NCBI GenBank assembly: GCA_049424145.1
Contig: JBMSSC010000046.1
Location: forward strand, 1 to 18,281
Reading direction: 5' to 3'
From: Bdellovibrionia bacterium
GTDB taxonomy: Bacteria > Bdellovibrionota > UBA1018
DNA: 18,281 nucleotides
Shown: in pieces, positions 15,867 to 18,281 of the stretch
Position numbering within the stretch: the first letter of the stretch is position 1
Layout: the number at the start of each line of letters is the position of its first letter
Translations under genes and position numbers: made by a program
The notes under the pieces: generated by a model
The model's database searches: none
Seen by the model: only the letters and a program-made list of their open reading frames with translations
What the model was told of the DNA's origin: nothing

Positions 15867-16163
15867 ATGAAAAAGCTCATATGGTTTGGAAGTGGACTCG
15901 GTGTGGGTCTTTCAATTTTATCCATTGCAAAGGCTTCGGTCCCAAAAACTGAAGGTTTCAGAGAAGAATCCATCCTCCTTCAGCAGGTATCCGAACTCCA
16001 CGTGAAAAAAGAGGCCCAACTGGACTTAGATTCAAGCCTCACTCCGCTCAGTCAGCAGGAGAAAAAATTCAAAGAAAACCTCCCACTGAGTCAACACCCA
16101 TTTCTCTCAGAGGCCTTAAAAAGGATCCAAAACACACCGAAGACGGGGACCAAAAAAAATTAA
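15867..16163 (+). CDS. Small secreted hypothetical protein
   Basis: MKK-hydrophobic-AKA signal peptide, purine-rich RBS region and an upstream sigma54-like promoter. Confidence 0.7.
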   Translation: MKKLIWFGSGLGVGLSILSIAKASVPKTEGFREESILLQQVSELHVKKEAQLDLDSSLTPLSQQEKKFKENLPLSQHPFLSEALKRIQNTPKTGTKKN

Positions 16164-16238
16164 AACCGATCTCCTTGGCACACCGGGTGATTTAAGGCTA
16201 TCCTGGGAATGAAAATCAACTCTCCCAGGAGATCGCTT

Positions 16239-17168
16239 ATGTCCCTCTATGCTCGCTTCAAACGTAATGGTCCCAGTGGATTTGGATACTCCTCGACGGC
16301 AGAAGAGGTCACTCAAGAGATGGATCTTTCTGGCAAAACGATACTGGTCACAGGCTGCAACTCTGGATTAGGAGAGGAGACCGTGCGGGTGCTTGCGCTC
16401 CGAGGAGCCCATGTTCTCAGTAGCGCGCGCACCCTTGAGAAAGCCCAACAGACCATCAGCCGCATGGGCTTACTCCCAGGACGCATCACTCCTTTATCCT
16501 GTGAGCTCTCAGAGCCCTCCTCGGTCATGCAGTGCGTGAGTTCAATTCAGAAAATGAACCTCAAGCTTGACGCCATCATTTGCAATGCCGGGATCATGGC
16601 CTTACCTCAGCTCAAAACCGCTTACGGGTTGGAACTTCAATTTTTCACCAATCACATTGGGCATTTCCTCTTAGTCACACGGCTCTTAGACCAGCTCTCG
16701 CCTGCTGCTCGAGTGGTGATGCTCAGCAGTCGCGCCCACGAGAATGCCCCGGCAGGAGGAATTCAATTTGACAATCTCTCAGGACAAAAGGGCTACCAAG
16801 CTTGGAGCGCCTATGGGCAATCCAAGATGGCGAATCTTCTTTTTGCCAAGGAATTGAGCCGAAAATTTGCTGGAACTCAAAAAACTGCAAATGCCGTTCA
16901 TCCCGGGGTGATCTATACGAACCTAGGCAGAAATATGAAGGTGGCTGAGTTTTTATTCAGCGTGGCGTCTCCACTTTTTTTAAAGTCCATTGCCCAGGGA
17001 GCTGCCACCTCATGCTACGTTGCCACTCATCCTCAAGCGGCAAAGATCACAGGAGAATACTTCGTCGACTGCAATGTGAGCAAACCTCGAGCCGACGCGT
17101 TGAACTTGGAGTTAAGCCAACGCCTGTGGGAGGAGTCAGAAAAAATCGTGACACGCCTCCTTGCCTAA
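16239..17168 (+). CDS. Short-chain dehydrogenase/reductase (retinol dehydrogenase/WWOX-like)
   Basis: VTGCNSGLG, CNAGIM, TNHIGHF, LSS.AH, YGQSK (YxxxK), VHPGVI and QGAAT motifs. Start re-called at ATG 16239 (AGGAGA RBS). Confidence 0.92.
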   Translation: MSLYARFKRNGPSGFGYSSTAEEVTQEMDLSGKTILVTGCNSGLGEETVRVLALRGAHVLSSARTLEKAQQTISRMGLLPGRITPLSCELSEPSSVMQCVSSIQKMNLKLDAIICNAGIMALPQLKTAYGLELQFFTNHIGHFLLVTRLLDQLSPAARVVMLSSRAHENAPAGGIQFDNLSGQKGYQAWSAYGQSKMANLLFAKELSRKFAGTQKTANAVHPGVIYTNLGRNMKVAEFLFSVASPLFLKSIAQGAATSCYVATHPQAAKITGEYFVDCNVSKPRADALNLELSQRLWEESEKIVTRLLA

Positions 17169-17299
17169 GCAGAGCTCCGCTTAGTTACGATCAAGCTGGG
17201 CAGCTCAAATCAGCCCCAGTGAGACCCCGCCTCTTAAATTTTGGGGGAATTGAAAAAAATAACTCAAAAACGCAAAAGTGAACTCAAACCCGACTGCGT

Positions 17300-18281
17300 T
17301 CACTTTTGCTTCTTCAATAAAACGGCCCAGAAACCATCGCCGCGCGGCTCTTGCTGAGGGGCAAAAAACCACTGTTGAACGACTTCCGAGGAAGACAGCC
17401 GGGCCTTTTCTAAAGCCCATGGCCCCTCTTCTTTTAAAACAGAGCACACCGAATAGGCCAAAAACCCCCCGGGAGCCACTTTTTCCCAGGACTTCTCGAG
17501 AAGCTCAATTTGAGTCTCATTGAGGCGCTGAAGTTCACTGGGCTGCCTGAGCCACTTCACATCGGGATGACGCCGAATGATTCCTGTCCCGGAACAGGGT
17601 GCATCCACCCAGACTAGGTCCTGGGGCTCAAGCGCGCCGACCTGCTCATACTCAATGCAGCTGACCTCGGGGGCCAGCTGAGCCAGGTTCTGACCTAACC
17701 AAGAAAGCCTGGTTCGAGAATGATCCGTTGCCGTCACTTGAAAACCGGACCAACTAAGATGAATGGCTTTTCCTCCCGGCGCAGCACACAGATCTAAGGC
17801 CCGCAGCCGACGGCTTCCTTGAGGGTCGAGGATCTTTTGAACTTCCTCGGAAACCTGAGCCACAAGCCTTTGACTGGAAATATCCTGGACTAAAAATTTC
17901 CCCTGATTAAATCCCGGCTTCTGAAGAAGGGAGCCCCCCTCCTCCACACAAAAAGCAAAAGGATAGGGCGACTCACTGGCCCATGAGGGCTTCGGCTGAC
18001 CCGGACGAGCGCGAATCCACAACCGAGGTCGCTGCAACGTTTCCAGAGAAAATGCACAAGCCCATGGCAGCCCTTGCTGATCCACCAGTTTTTCCCAAAG
18101 CCATTGGGGAAGACTCGCCCAAACATGAGGCAGGAGCGCTCCAGCGCTTGGGGCTTGAGCCTGCGGCTCAGGTAAGTTTCTCCAGGAATCCGCATGAGCG
18201 GCGATCCGTCTCAGACAAGCATTAGCAAAACGAGCCGGAGCCTCTCCCTCGCGCTTACGAACTTCATCCACCGTCTCACTG
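17300..18281 (-). CDS. rsmB: RsmB/NOP2-family RNA m5C methyltransferase, 5' end beyond the window
   Basis: NusB-like SETV...RFANACLR, VQDISSQ, LDLCAAPGGK, VDAPCSGTGIIRRHPD and YSVCS motifs. The frame is open to the window edge. Confidence 0.85.
   Translation of the reverse strand, partial: SETVDEVRKREGEAPARFANACLRRIAAHADSWRNLPEPQAQAPSAGALLPHVWASLPQWLWEKLVDQQGLPWACAFSLETLQRPRLWIRARPGQPKPSWASESPYPFAFCVEEGGSLLQKPGFNQGKFLVQDISSQRLVAQVSEEVQKILDPQGSRRLRALDLCAAPGGKAIHLSWSGFQVTATDHSRTRLSWLGQNLAQLAPEVSCIEYEQVGALEPQDLVWVDAPCSGTGIIRRHPDVKWLRQPSELQRLNETQIELLEKSWEKVAPGGFLAYSVCSVLKEEGPWALEKARLSSSEVVQQWFFAPQQEPRGDGFWAVLLKKQK

Noticed and set aside
16176..16190. TGGCAC-N5-GTGA as a second sigma54 promoter
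   Set aside because: The -12 element reads GA instead of the near-invariant GC.
1..18281. CRISPR arrays, IS or integrase genes, tRNA/rRNA, anti-phage defence genes
   Set aside because: No regularly spaced direct repeats, transposase or integrase motifs, cloverleafs or defence domains were recognised by eye.

Overview
Moderate-GC bacterial chromosomal window. The gene set suggests Bdellovibrionota/Oligoflexia or a related former deltaproteobacterium; this is inferred from the myxobacterial-type Ser/Thr kinase, Csd6/Bd1075-like LD-carboxypeptidase, Rsm22-like methyltransferase and FadL/TraF-like beta-barrel. Gene order: outer-membrane beta-barrel (-); a divergent signalling trio of stand-alone HD-GYP phosphodiesterase, OmpR-type regulator and membrane Ser/Thr kinase (+); a minus-strand run of mpl, serine hydrolase, DAO-family FAD oxidoreductase, YkuD+NTF2-like LD-peptidase and polyprenol-P-mannose-synthase-like GT2; then ssb, ahpC and a CxxC-TM-TM-CxxC protein (-); Rsm22-like methyltransferase, fatty acid desaturase, small secreted protein and SDR (+); and a 5'-truncated RsmB (-). 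No mobile element, CRISPR array, tRNA or rRNA was seen. The best leads are a possible peptidoglycan trimming/recycling module that includes a D-amino-acid-oxidase-like gene, a three-hairpin structured leader before the desaturase, structured intergenic RNAs around ssb/ahpC, and a histidine-kinase-free signalling cluster with a sigma28-like promoter and a C-terminal AA degron candidate. All calls come from reading motifs by eye; no database searches were run.
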